NCBI GenBank assembly: GCA_001938485.1 | Contig: MQRK01235601.1 | Span: forward strand, 1 to 64,000 | DNA: 64,000 nucleotides | Source of the DNA: Girardia tigrina | Lineage: Eukaryota | Direction: 5' to 3' | Shown: positions 24,412-37,010 of the stretch, piece by piece | Layout: every line of letters starts with the position of its first letter | How positions within the stretch are numbered: position 1 is the stretch's first letter | The notes under the pieces: model-generated | What the model was told of the DNA's origin: nothing | The model's database searches: none | What the model saw: only the letters and a program-made list of their open reading frames with translations | Made by a program: the position numbers and the translations under genes

Positions 24412-25379
24412 TAATAAACTTGTAGCAACGAGTGGATACTAGGTTGTTCTTTTGATATGGATAAATACTTGATAGATGATGAGGCTGGTATTAAGTTATA
24501 AGTTTAATACAAATATAAGTTTAAGACAATATTATCGACAAAGAAATTTGTAATATTTAAATATAAATATATAAATATACATACCTACAACAAATTTTTA
24601 TGGTTAAAAATTACACCTACAGCTCTTATGCATAGTTACGACTATTTCATGTCATAATATACTTGATGTTAAATAAGACAATTCTGTGATGATGTTATGC
24701 ATGCATTTATACAAATATAATTTTATATGAATAAATTTAGCTATGAAATTACATGAAATTTGAAAAAAAGCAAATATGAAAATTTAAAATTAACTGTCGA
24801 TTTGAATAAAATTTTGTACGAATTAAAAAAAATGATTAACCCTTAATCTGCTGGCAATATTTATAAGTACCAATAATTTAAAAACTTTATAGCCAAACTG
24901 TGATCATTTATATTCTAATCGTTCTTACGTTTCTACGCTTTAGAAACAATCTTTTAACTCTACTTTTTCATAATAGACTGCAATAGTTGTTTTAAGCTGA
25001 TTAATTTTCAGAGGAAAAAAGCTATTTTATTTAGTAGTTCATAATGCAGGAGATAAAGCATTAAGACTTAAAAGTTTATCGAAAAAAATCAAAAATATTT
25101 AAAATTTTTATTAATATTAATAAGTGATAGATAATATAACATTTTTTAATCATAAGAATAAATTTTAAAAATGATAAGCAATTTCTTTACAAATGAAAAA
25201 GAGCTGTTCTAAAATATATATATATATATATTATGATAATTACCGTTTAACCGTCATTATGAGATCAAATCATATACATTTTTAAACATGTTTTTACTTA
25301 AGTATGCTAAGTACCACTAAAATTCTTATGTAAAAGTAAAATTGTAAGAAAAAATTAAACAAAATATTAATATAATTGA

Positions 25380-25880
25380 AGTTTACCTGCGTCTCTAAAT
25401 AAAGGAGGAAAGGAAACACGGGCAATTATTAACTTGATCTTTAATGTGGCATGCCACCGTGGACTCGGTCTTTATAGAGGTGGTCACTATCTCTGTCGAT
25501 TTGGGTTCATGATTCTCGATGACTTGCTCATACGACCAAAATGATGGTCGATTTGGTCGCTGATTGTTGGGATTGAATTAAGTGATTGATTAATCCAGTG
25601 CGGCTGTTGAGTGCAGTGACGCGACCTCCGTATTTGGCCAATCAGAACGGTGAAAGCTCCACAATTTAGTAGGAATCGCTCGAGCAGCAGTAATCTCGTC
25701 TTGTCGTGCTGAACTGTGGAAAGCTGTGTCGGCGCGTTGTTGATAAGTTTACGTGTGAAACCATTACAGAAAGTGTGAAAACTCAACGGATAATTGCGGA
25801 GTTTAATTTCATTGAAAACAATAGAAAATAGTCATTTGAAAAAGGATTTATTTACGGATTTACAGTGACCCCGATTACAT
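25380..25880. mobile_element. GC-richer LTR-like fragment
   Basis: GC-rich non-coding island ending ...CCCCGATTACA; no recognisable ORF or TSD. Confidence 0.3.
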
Positions 25881-26507
25881 AATAACATTTAAACAAAATA
25901 TGCTTTTTCACACATTATAATTAGTTTTTTTCGACAATGTTTTCTTTATTATGAATAATTAATATGGTGATTATAATATTTCAGTTATATGTATGAATAA
26001 TTATATAGAAATTAATTTTCTAAATTAATTCTATAAAAGTGACCATTACAGTAATATTAAAACATTAAATTAAGTAGTTTTAAAAAATATAATTGTGGAT
26101 TTTTATGTGCTTTTTGATTTGGTAAAGATTATACCATTTTCTTGTGTACTTCATTCAATGCATAATTGATCTTATCTTTTTAATAAGAAATCCAACATGA
26201 GCAAAATCAAAATCAAGCATTCTATTTATGTTTTTCAACTACTTCTAAACAGCGCACGAGAATTCCGTACTGATATAATACATTTTAAACGTTCATAAAA
26301 CTTATAGATCACTTCGGATTACCAACCGATGATTTTTGTTCTCGTGCTGAATTTTACGAGGATCCATTATACCGATAGCGAAAATCGGTTTAGTGAATCT
26401 GTGGTAGCTGTACAAAAATAACTATATTATGAGACCTTTAGAATGAGTCCCGAAAAGCTTGACTCAAAAAATAGTATCAAAGTGTGATTTCTTTCTAGTT
26501 TCTATCG

Positions 26508-26648
26508 CTATTACTTACTTTTTATTTCGATATCAATGTGATGTTGATATGTGTATGTGTATATATATTTTGCTGGTGTTGTGGTGCATGTGTTGTTTGT
26601 TCTTCTTTGCAATATGTGATTTGTTGGGGAAATTCTTTTTTTGGTTTT
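26508..26648 (+). repeat. ~140-bp repeat, inverted relative to 28209-28345
   Basis: TCAATGTGATGTTGATATGTGTATGTGTATATATATTTTGCTGGTGTTGTGGTGCATGTG closely matches the reverse complement of 28263-28325. Confidence 0.9.
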
Positions 26649-26772
26649 TTTTCAGGTTTGAGGATTCTAAATAAATATATAACGATAGTGATCCTCAAAA
26701 GTGTTTATCACTATAGAATATGGTAATAACTCCAAAAAAATAATAAAATATATAATTATCTTTTTTATATAT

Positions 26773-27920
26773 TGTTAACGGAAAGAGAAAATTAATTAAC
26801 AAGGGATCACTATTAACAGGTAAAACAAGTTTATAGAGAAGAAGTCACAGAATAAATTACTTTACGACAGTCAATATTGTTTCAATGGAAAACTCAGGAA
26901 CTGGTCAGATAATCTTTGTAGTCGCCATATAAAATTGTTCAAATCTGGGATTACTTCTCTGAATAGATAAAAGAGTCAGGAATAAAGTGTCGGAAAATAT
27001 TCAGTTAGTTTGATGAGATTCCAATATAAATCCAGTGATGTTTGGCATAGTTCATGTTGTTACGGTCCACTGTTGCTTAAGTCATAGTCAAAAAAAGGAA
27101 AAACACCTTATAAATACCATAAAACAAAAATAACCAAAGAGAAAAAGAAGAAAATATTATTATAAAACACATTTATTCAATAAAAGCCATATTATTGCCC
27201 CGAACCCCTCACGGTTTGAGTGGAAGTCGCAGACACCGCGATAGAGCTGTAGGTATAGTATGAAGGGAAATCAGACAACATCAAATAAAAACTTACCCGT
27301 TGAAAGGGATCAAACAATCGACCGTCCACGTATAGCCCGTTGTAAGGCCAACTCTTGAAGAAAATTCACCAGGTCGTCAGGTATTCTCCTGAAAAGTTAC
27401 CTACCCTAAAAGAAAAATAATCAATTAAAAAAAAAATTAAAAATAATGTTACATCAATAATTTAAATACAATGAAAGATTTTCTTGATAGATTGACTATA
27501 ATTAAGCGAACTAAATAACATTGACACGCAATATCTAGTAGGAATATAATCGATATAATACGAACGTCTTAAACGAGATTTTGTAACGATCGTCGACCAC
27601 TCCATTTCCTTTTAGTAACCGTTCAAACTTTAATAACAGAAACAAAATACAGGAATAATAATAACTTTATCATCCCCGAACGACACTCTGCTAGGTGGGG
27701 GGCCCATAGCCCATCCCATCTTTATTAGGACCCGAAGGCCCTTCAGACTCGGCACTGTTAGACAGATGTCGAGCGAGAAGAGGTGCCTGTCCCCTATATA
27801 GATAGTTACTAAAATGAATAGTGAGCAAGACATAGTTTAAGATAGGGTTGTGGCTGACCCCTAATAGCCACTGGGGGCACAGCGTTTAAAATTGGTATAA
27901 ATAAAACTAGGGGCGTGACA
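26773..27920 (-). mobile_element. Putative solo LTR (~1.15 kb)
   Basis: Minus strand begins TGTCACGCCC and ends CGTTAACA; GC-rich blocks; minus-strand splice-like donor (27291-27296) and acceptor (27406). Flanks do not form a TSD. Confidence 0.45.
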
Positions 27921-28208
27921 CTGTTCTTTGGATGGAATTAAAAATTATTCGTAATTATTCAATCACTAAATATATTGATTTATTTAAATTCATATTTTAT
28001 CCATATTATAATTATTATGCAAGATATTTTCTTTGTCTATCCAGCGAACCACTCTTCTTTAACAATTTTTGCAAGTATTGAAATTGCTGTCGTACAATTA
28101 ATCATTTTTTTCTACTGTTTCAAATTTCCTATTTCCCCATTGCAAACGGTTATTATTATATAAAAATAATTCTCACCACTATAAAACCAAATACATGACA
28201 ATGGTAAT

Positions 28209-28345
28209 AAAACCAAAAAAAGAATGTCCCCATCAAATCACACACTGCAAAAGAACAAACAGCACATGCACAACAACACCAGCAAAATATATATACATAC
28301 ACACATACCAACATCACATTGATGTCAAAATAAAAAGTAGTCATT
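28209..28345 (-). repeat. ~140-bp repeat, inverted partner of 26508-26648
   Basis: Reverse-complement similarity; mirrored ORFs 26538..26726(+) and 28156..28344(-). Confidence 0.9.
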
Positions 28346-28507
28346 ACACTTACGTTTATAGTGATATCTTGAGTACATGTTGTTGTGTACCACAGTAATG
28401 TATATTAAAAACAATTGTATAAAAAATATTTTTTATTTTAAAATTTAATATTTTATCATGGTAAGAATTGATAAGAATTGTAGTGGAGAATCTTTGAACC
28501 TCCTAGA

Positions 28508-28735
28508 AGCAAACTAGACATTATTAAAAAAGTTTTAATGGTTCTCTGCGGTTCCAAGACAAAAAAAGATCTCCCCGAGTCCAAAGAAGCATTTGAAAGA
28601 AAAGTATGAATTGATGGAACTCTCAGTTCATGAAATTTCGTGTAGATGATGATAGAGCTGTTACTATAAGATTTTTTGACTTGATAATTTCTTTCGGGAA
28701 GTAACTGGTACATCCAAAAGTTCTGGCAGTCTTCT
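28508..28735 (+). repeat. ~230-bp repeat, inverted relative to 32962-33175
   Basis: AGAAAAGTATGAATTGATGG..TTCATGAAATTTCGTG.AGATGA.GATAGA.CTGTTA matches the reverse complement of 33020-33090. Confidence 0.9.
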
Positions 28736-29039
28736 TTTACAAAATTGAAAAGGAAATACAAAGTTCATGGTACTCTAACCTCATAAAATTTTAAGAATAT
28801 GACTTTTTAGCATTTTTGTGAACTTTGAAAATCTTTATTTTTTACTACTTTTAACAACAATTTATAAAAGTATTAAGTTATGTATGTATTGATTTAAAAT
28901 GACGAAATTAAGTTTTGGTGGAGTTTTGATTCTAAACATGACATTGCATATGAAATTGAGGGAGGAAATTAGAATTATTTATGTAATTAACGATTTTGTA
29001 CTTTTTGTTGAAATTTGTGTGATGACTTTCGTTTTCATT

Positions 29040-29490
29040 GTTTTTTGAAAATTGTAGGTCAGGAAATTCGAGTAGTTGGTAAGTTTTACGATTTTTAAAT
29101 GAAATTTTTTTTAATTAATTTAAGTAACCGAATTGAATATGAACCGAGGTGCTGGTCTCTGGATCAAGCTGTGGAGACTAGCACTTCTTCAATGTGCTGG
29201 AAATTGCCGCTCGGCGGGACGGATCAGCTGGTCTAGTGCCGAACAGAATTCGATTGGACCTAACCGGTACCGGTCGAAGTACCGATAAGAAACTGTCTCT
29301 TGCCCGAATCGCCGCGGCTTGCCGTCTCTGTGAATGCCGATGTAACTCAAAAAGGTGGACAGTTCGCTCTGTTTGTCGGAATTCAGCCCAAGTGCGCGAT
29401 CGGTTAGCTTATGGGGATCCACCATACGTTGTCAAATTGTGTGAGGCAATGTCACATTTGATTTGGCCAAATTGAGGCCGCGGTCGCACA
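29040..29490 (+). mobile_element. GC-rich LTR-like 3' fragment with an intron-like segment
   Basis: GTAAGT(29079)...TTTAAG(29124), then a GC-rich block ending GGTCGCACA. Confidence 0.4.
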
Positions 29491-30451
29491 GTGCGGTTCG
29501 ATATATTATCCATTATAATTTCAAAAAAACACAATAATAACGATTTATCACATACATTTCGCCGTAAACTACAATTTGAATTTTTCATGCATATTTTTAT
29601 TTAATAAGTTTGATTAAACAAACGTATTTTTAAAAAAATTTCACGAGCCCCACAAATATGAACAGGAAGACGATGATTTAAAAATAATTGCGGATTCATT
29701 TAGAAATTTTGAAGTCGTTGCAGTGAGATGCGATAAAGAAGGTCGCTAAATCATAACATTTCACTCGTCTTCGATCTTGATACAATCAGATTTTTTAGAG
29801 ATTTTCAAATTGGTCATTTATTTCATTAATTTTCATCTCTCAGTAAAAATCCAGAAAAAGGTCATCGATTCTCTACAATGAATTCGTTAAGATTATGCTT
29901 AAAAGCTCCTAGTAATTTGACAAAAGTTCTAATGCAAAGAAATTTATTTTCAAAGAAATCACGTTCACATTTTTCATCATAACAAAATCTACCTTCAAGG
30001 CCAACAAGAATTAATTGTTTCAGTCAAACAAAAACCAATTTATAGAAGAATATTTTTATTTAACAGTATATATATATATAGAGAGAGAGTAATATATATA
30101 TATATATATATATNNNNNNNNNNNNNNNNNNNNNNNNNNNNNNNNNNNNNNNNNNNNNNNNNNNNNNNNNNNNNNNNNNNNNNNNNNNNNNATATATATA
30201 TATATATATATATATGTATTATTTGATAATTTAAATATTTTTTATTTAAATTATTTTTTCAACTTTATATAATTGTTTTTTTAAATTTCTTTACTATAAT
30301 TGTTATGCTATCATTTATGATAATATATTTTAAAAATTAAAAAAAACTAAAAATATATAAAAACAATTTATAATTGTTTAATAATATAATAAATATGTAT
30401 CTTGTTCGACTTTTATTAATTCTATAATTATTCATATATATATATACAACA

Positions 30452-31400
30452 TGGTGTCAAGAGTAAACGTTACAGCTCAGAAGTACTTTGAAGAGCTGAT
30501 GTATAAGAAGGAAGAAGAAAAGCTATTCATCTTCGAGAGACATTGCAAGGAGATCAATAACCGAACACAAAAACAAAGTGAAAGAGTTTACCAGTCTCTT
30601 TGATCAATCGGCGTCAGAGGATTCTTCAAAGATGATTATTTTTTGTCCTATTTTGAAAACAGCTTAATTGCTAAGATCCAATATGAGTCGATAGCTGATG
30701 TTACATCGATAAATATCAACACAAAGTCATCAAAATAGATTAGCAAATTTGATTTAAAGAAATCAAAACTTGGACAGTTACTTCCCTTGATATGAATGAA
30801 ACAGGAGGAGGGAGAAACGTGATTAGACTTTGCAAATAGAATAAATGTGGAAACTTTTCATTTACCAGTAAAGTCGGATAATATTCTTGTAAAGATATTT
30901 CGACATGGTATAGGAGACAAAAATGTGGCAAAAGTATTGAAAATATTAAATCCGTCTGCGTTAACAGATGATTTAACAATAGTTAGAGAATAAGAGCGCG
31001 AAAAAGTTGATAATAATAATCATAAATTCTATAAAATGAACAAAGATATAGAGGTATTAGAGTTATTGCAGGAAATTAAGAAGTTAATACATAAAAATAA
31101 GCAACTACGATACGAGATATCAAAACTGAAAGACCGACATTTTCCGCAAACTAACAATTTTCAAAGAAATACAAATACGAAAACGTTAAATGCTGCAAAT
31201 GCAATAAAACTGGTCATATTAAGATATTTTGCAGAACAGAGATTGATTTTGTCGAAATTCAAAACGTTATTGTTCCATTCGTGTCAGCCACCAAATCTGC
31301 GGTGACTTTAAATTAATCCCTATCGTATTTAAGGGTTCGGATGCGGATGAAGAGGAAAAAAGAGCTCAGAAGTTTCTAATTAAGCGCTTAATTATATGTA
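30452..31400 (+). mobile_element. Degraded LTR retrotransposon gag with PBS-like motif
   Basis: ...CAACA followed by TGGTGTCAAGAGT; zinc knuckle CCKCNKTGHIKIFC at ~31190-31232. Confidence 0.7.
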
Positions 31401-31499
31401 ATAATGTAGAATTATCCGGATCTCGAGAATTCTTAAAGAATAGAAATAATATGTTAGATATTAAATACTAATAATAATATGTTATAATTAATTATACAA

Positions 31500-32800
31500 T
31501 TAGTGAGATATGGCCAAAAGGGTGAAAATCGAAGTCACAGTACGACGAGCTTCAACCTTCTCTTTCGATACTTAAAATCCCATTTTTACTGTACACAGTT
31601 CTAATGTGCACACCCAAATGACTACGGTTGGGAATTTTTTCGATTTCTTCGTATGGACTCTGTATTTCTTTTTGTAATCTTACATTCTACCGGTTTGGAA
31701 AGTGCGTTAACCTGTCAGTTTTTTTATGTGGGTTTTTACCAAGCATTATGTGTTTAGTTATAATATAAAGTCCTAGAATCATTCGACCCCTTATGAAGGT
31801 ACATTCATTATAAATACTTTTACATTACTCATCTGTAGACCTCAATCAAAACTAAACTTACCAGGCTCACATAAATATCACTTTTTATTGCCTGACCGTT
31901 GATCCGTCTGAATTCAGCTGACTCTTTTCTTACCATCAATCCGACCACACAATGACGTCCAATTAGTGATATATTGCAGCCGGTATCAATCACTGCATCT
32001 CTCCTAATATTAGCAACCGAGACTGAGGTCGACATCAAAGAAACTGCACGGAGACTATAATCTAATTCTGTGAATCGACATCCTCTTTCTTTCTTTTTCC
32101 CGAAAGATAAAAGCATTCAAACTTACGATGGCCATTTTCTTTCTCAGTAGAAACACCTTATTGTACACTTATTTCGAAGATGACCCAATTTATGACAGTC
32201 ATAGCAAAGTATCCTTGTTAAGGTTCACTCATAATTTGGTCCGTTGTCCTGCTTTTCGTTATCAAATTCCACCTTAACTCCTGCCATAGCATTGTTTGGA
32301 GACCCATTTGCTTTGGACAGAGCGCTTTTGGTTGCTTTGATTATTTTGTTTTTTATCATGTCCTCGAAGTGTAGCACTAGCACTTGATTTTTCACATTAA
32401 AGGAATATAGTTTAGACCAAACAAGGAAATAATCTCTTCACAAACTGGCATCATTGCTCAGTCTATTGCCAACAGCGTGGATATTTTTTCTGCTATTTCG
32501 TCATTGACTCACCCAGCATTAATGACAAGTTCTTCAATTCCGCCCATGCTTGCGCTTTCGATTTTTCATACACTCTCCTCAAGGCGCTTTTTATTTTGCA
32601 AATATCTTGTTTTGTGTTTTCATCTAGTAACTTTCAGATGGAATATGCGTTACCGGTCTGGAACAGCGAAATGAATGAGGCTAATTTCGACTAATTCCCG
32701 AATATTTTTGAAATGGTTTCCAACCGTTCGATCCAGGTTTTGACATCTTCTTGTCTATTGAACTTTGTAACCACGTTGGTGCTTTTTAAACTTTACATCT
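31500..32800 (-). mobile_element. Degraded LTR retrotransposon gag-protease
   Basis: Zinc knuckle CYDCHKLGHLRNKC (~32165-32206); aspartic protease AVIDTGCNISLIG. Confidence 0.8.
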
Positions 32801-32961
32801 TCTCCTATGCAGTGATAGTTTTTTATATAACAATAAATAAGACAATAAAAAGACTCTCGCTGATCACGCTTTATTGAATTCACACTAATAATTTCTGAAT
32901 ATTTAACCTTATTTTCACGATTATTTTAATAATATTGTCACAAAATTTGAAACTCTGAAAA

Positions 32962-33175
32962 AAGACTGCCAGCACGTTTGTTACTTCCCGAAAAAAAACT
33001 TAACAAGTCAAAAATCTTATCATAACAGTTCTATCGTCATCTGCACGAAATTTCATGAAGTTAGAGTACCATCAATTCATACTTTTCTATAAAATGCTTT
33101 TATGGACTGGAGTAGATCTATTTTTTCCTGGAACCATCGAGATCCATTAAACATTTTAATGATGTCTAGTTTGTG
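32962..33175 (-). repeat. Inverted partner of 28508-28735
   Basis: Reverse-complement similarity over ~210 bp. Confidence 0.9.
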
Positions 33176-33381
33176 TCTTGGGGCTTCATATACACTATCG
33201 GTTTTTACGATGATAAAACATAAAATTTAGTCATGTAATATTTTTCTAATTACTAATAAAGCCTAAATACTGAACTTTACTGCCCTGGGGTTAGCCCCCA
33301 GCGAGCTATCAGTAAATAATTTATACCGATTATTTTTCAATAAGCAATATAAAAAATAGTGGCGGTCGGATTTGCATGCGG

Positions 33382-33807
33382 CAGCGGCGTACCCAGGATT
33401 GCAGAGGGGGGGTGGAAAAAAATTCCTGAAAGATCTAGCAATCTTAAATATAATTGGGGTGGCTAATTATGTTTTAATTTTTTCAGGGGTGGGGGTGTCT
33501 CCCGATTTTAACCCTCTAAACTTAAANNNNNNNNNNNNNNCTTAAACGTTCCTCGGACCTCCTTTTTTCTCCCCGATTAAAATCCAATCAAGGGTTTCTA
33601 TATTAATCTTTGTTTTCAGCCTCGCCAGTAGGGCCGAAAACGTGGATTAAAATGGGAACGCCGCATTGGATTTTAATTGGGGGAAAAACAAGAGGTCCCG
33701 TTCCTCTAAGTTTTGTTTTTCGTAATAATTTTTTTAAATAATTTTTAGGGCATTTTATCAGGTGGGGGTGGAAATCCACCCAATCATCCCCCTTGGCTAC
33801 GCGCCTG
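33382..33807. mobile_element. Non-autonomous hAT-type MITE
   Basis: TIRs CAGCGGCGTACCCA / TGGCTACGCGCCTG; perfect 8-bp TSD GCATGCGG (33374-33381, 33808-33815). Confidence 0.9.
33555..33698. repeat. Internal palindrome (possible nested MITE)
   Basis: GGACCTCCTTTTTTCTCCCCGATTAAAATCCAAT ... ATTGGATTTTAATTGGGGGAAAAACAAGAGGTCC inverted arms. Confidence 0.75.
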
Positions 33808-34459
33808 GCATGCGGTACTTGGAGACCTTCCTTTGTAAGAGTAAATTTGTTTCAACGTGAATGTCTCAGCATCCTCCTTCTGCATGTAAATAAATAACCG
33901 TCTGAATTAAATTTTTATTATTCATTTATTAGGACCATTAAAATAGACATTAATCATTTTTATATTATCTTTATACATTAAATATAAAATTGTTTACTCA
34001 TTAAATAGAAATTTTATGCATTAAAGATTGTTATCTTATTACAAATTCATGAGAAAGATATTTTATTTCATCGAAAATATTGTGAGACTCGTAAGAATTT
34101 CTTCAAACTGTAAAAAATTTCAATAAATTGAATTATTAAATATTAATGCAAAGGACAATTTTATAATTTTTCATTTATTTTTTTATCAGAGAAAATTGTT
34201 GACAAAAATTCTTATTTGAACAAATATCATTTTCCCTTTGTTATTTCCTCATTCTTTTGTATGCATTTAGTCAAGAAAAAGAATATTTTATTCTTAAAAA
34301 TAAATATACATGTTTATATAGAGCTATAAAAATATATGTATAAAAAAACTAATTCAAGTAAATATATATAAATAGACAATAAAGAACGAGTGAAAATCGA
34401 GCTCGTTATTTCAAATATCACCGGCAAAGCGTACGCAGCATCAACAAAAATCCTCCCCG

Positions 34460-35990
34460 TCGATACAAAGAATGGGGTATGTTTCGATTGTGAATTTGTA
34501 GATCTTTTTTACGGTCAATACCCACACCGCATTCGGGATATGACAAAAGAGTCGTAGATCCTAACCGCTGAGCAGGTGGGGCTCTGCGAGGCTTTAAGTG
34601 CATCTACCAGTTGTCGAAATTCTAATTGGGGGTAAATTGTGAAGACACTGGTGGACAACTCGAGCTCAGCCACGATGATTGAGTGGCAGTTTGTGCAATC
34701 GGATCACGTTGAGTATATATTCAGTAGATTGCATACAGCTCTTGATCCGACATTAGTATAACATGGTGCTTAGATAAACTTTGAGGTAACGGGGCACCAG
34801 GTAAGGTCTTGGGTCCTGCTGACTCGGAATTTGACAGAGATAGATATGGAGATGTTCTTGGGGATTGAAGTGATATGTACATTGAGTGGTGTGACATCGG
34901 TTTCAGCGGAGCAGAACCCACGTCTTGTGCAACTGGGATCAATGAGTCCGTCCAAGAGGAGGCTGCAATGAGAAATAACTAGTGAAAACCGACAAAAGCA
35001 GCAATAAGATCGCCGATAAGATCTTCAATGAATCAATCAAAATGAGGGTCAAATACAGCAAAGAGCAGGGCACAGGCAGTACCGACGCGCATCGTAAACC
35101 TTGATTTTACAACCAAATATGACCGGACCTCTTAGTCCGCGTTTATCACTGAAAGGAAGGCCAGGCATTACTGATGTACAACAGCGTGGTAAAATATGCA
35201 TCAGTCATAGTGCATGAAGCCAAAAAAAATTCTAACCGGTTCTCAACTACGGGAAACTCAATGGGTGATTGTAGCCTTACCAGGTGGTGAAGAAATAAGG
35301 TTAATCATGGTATTTTACCTGACTAGGATTTGGCTTGAGCGTTGCGCTGAAAATTATGCAGAAAGAACTGTGAATCTTGCTGGTGTCGGTTCCTATGGTT
35401 CCTATGATGCGTACTACTATAATATAATTGTAAACATGACCAATACATCGGTGAAGCGTCTGAAGGCGGTGCGGAAGAGCTTCGGTCTAGAAGCAAAGTC
35501 AGACGTTGTTACAGATGGTAACCGAGTCTTTGGACTTGCTGTAAAAACTGGAGCGGACTGTCGGCTCCAATGGCGGCGAGATGGAAGCGTTCCAGAATTG
35601 CCAGAATGCCTAAACCTTCGCATTTTCTTTGCGTAGACCAGCCAACTATTGGGGCACTACTCTGTGTGTGGATGGTTGTGACAGGAGTGTGGCATTATCA
35701 AGCGACTATCTATCGATGGTAACTTGGACACCGGGGTTAATGTCAAGCAGCCAAAATCAAATTTCAGTTATCTGAGCGCAATAAAACAGTAGATCTAACC
35801 TGGGGTGTATGGGAAGTGCTACAAATCTTGAGGGGACGGGTATGGTTCGACGTCAGCTCAATTGCAATTGGTGTTAGCGTCAAAATAGTGGTTGAAAATG
35901 CCTGTTAGCTTTGTTTATCAGACGATAATGACGACATAAACTTAGCAGAACTGGAGGCAGAAATTAGGCACTTAAAAAAGTAGGAAGGGG
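34460..35990 (+). mobile_element. Degraded gag-pol remnant (protease, RT, RNase H) of an LTR-type retroelement
   Basis: Protease-like KTLVDNSSS...MFLGIEVICTLSGV; RT YLTR..., FGLEAK..RVFGL..LQWRR; LLGHYSVCGWL; RNase H VWFDVSSIAIGV...DDINLAELEA. Confidence 0.8.
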
Positions 35991-36657
35991 ATACCACTAT
36001 ATTATTTTCTTTGCTATTTTATCAAACTCATTCATTTTATATTTTTATTTCATTAATGATTAACTTTTCTTTATCCCAGTGAGACAAACAGCTTTAAGAA
36101 ACAATAAAATACAATTCGTTTTGATTTATATCAATATCCAAATCTTGTTATCTACTCTTCTTATACATCCTTCATGTTGCTTAAATCTTGTTCCTTTCCC
36201 TCTGCCATTGCTTTAATAATTTATCTAATCTCCTTACTTGTATATGTCTTGTTGTTACAGGACTAAAAGAGTATCTTCATCTATTTTTAACATTTGAGAC
36301 TTCAATTTACCCGTTTTAGCTTGGTCATTATTAAGAACATTAATTGAGTTTCCTTTACATTTATTATTATCACAATTTAAATTGTCACTACAACAATTCT
36401 CCGTAAAACTTGCGTAGCTCGTCATTGTTCTTGATTGATAATCTTTAATAATATTCTTTAACGTCTTATTATTCAAACAAATTTAAAATACAATTTAATT
36501 ATTACAAAAATTATTTATAATTGAAATTTAAAATAATTTTTATTTATTTTAAGAATATTATTTATGAAATATTAGTTTAATTTTAAAGTGATTATTTAAA
36601 TTTTAATACTTGATTAAAGAACCCGACGTTTTAAAATATTTAACATATCAATCTTCC

Positions 36658-36734
36658 ATCTGGGTGGGAGAAACACAATCCTAAAACAACATTCCAAACA
36701 ACACACAATAAACACCATTCAAAAATATTCCTCA
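36658..36734. repeat. Dispersed ~85-bp repeat, copy 2
   Basis: Near-identical to 1030-1111. Confidence 0.8.
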
Positions 36735-36779
36735 AATGACCTTCTTCGTGGCATGCTCGACAATAAATTTTTCTCGTTT

Positions 36780-37010
36780 TGAAATATCTCTTTCTTTCTT
36801 CTATTAGTCTTTAAGAAATTTTCTGTTATAGTTTGTTAAACCTAAAAAAGTTCTTAAGTGCTTAACACATGAAGGGTTCTGAAACTTTCTAATCGCATCG
36901 ATCTTTGTCTGATCTATGCCATTTTTGCTGATCACGTATCCTACAAAACTTTGTCCTTTCAACCAAGAAGTGGCATTTCTCAGGGTTTATTCTTAGACAT
37001 CATCCTTCTA
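36780..37010 (-). pseudogene. Gypsy RT thumb/connection fragment
   Basis: FVGYVISKNGIDQTKIDAIRKFQNPSCVKHLRTFLGLTNYNRKFLK. Confidence 0.85.

Noticed and set aside
27845-27880. Possible pseudoknot GTGGCT/AGCCAC with CCCC/GGGG
   Set aside because: Loop lengths are implausible for an H-type knot and it does not fit the HDV order.
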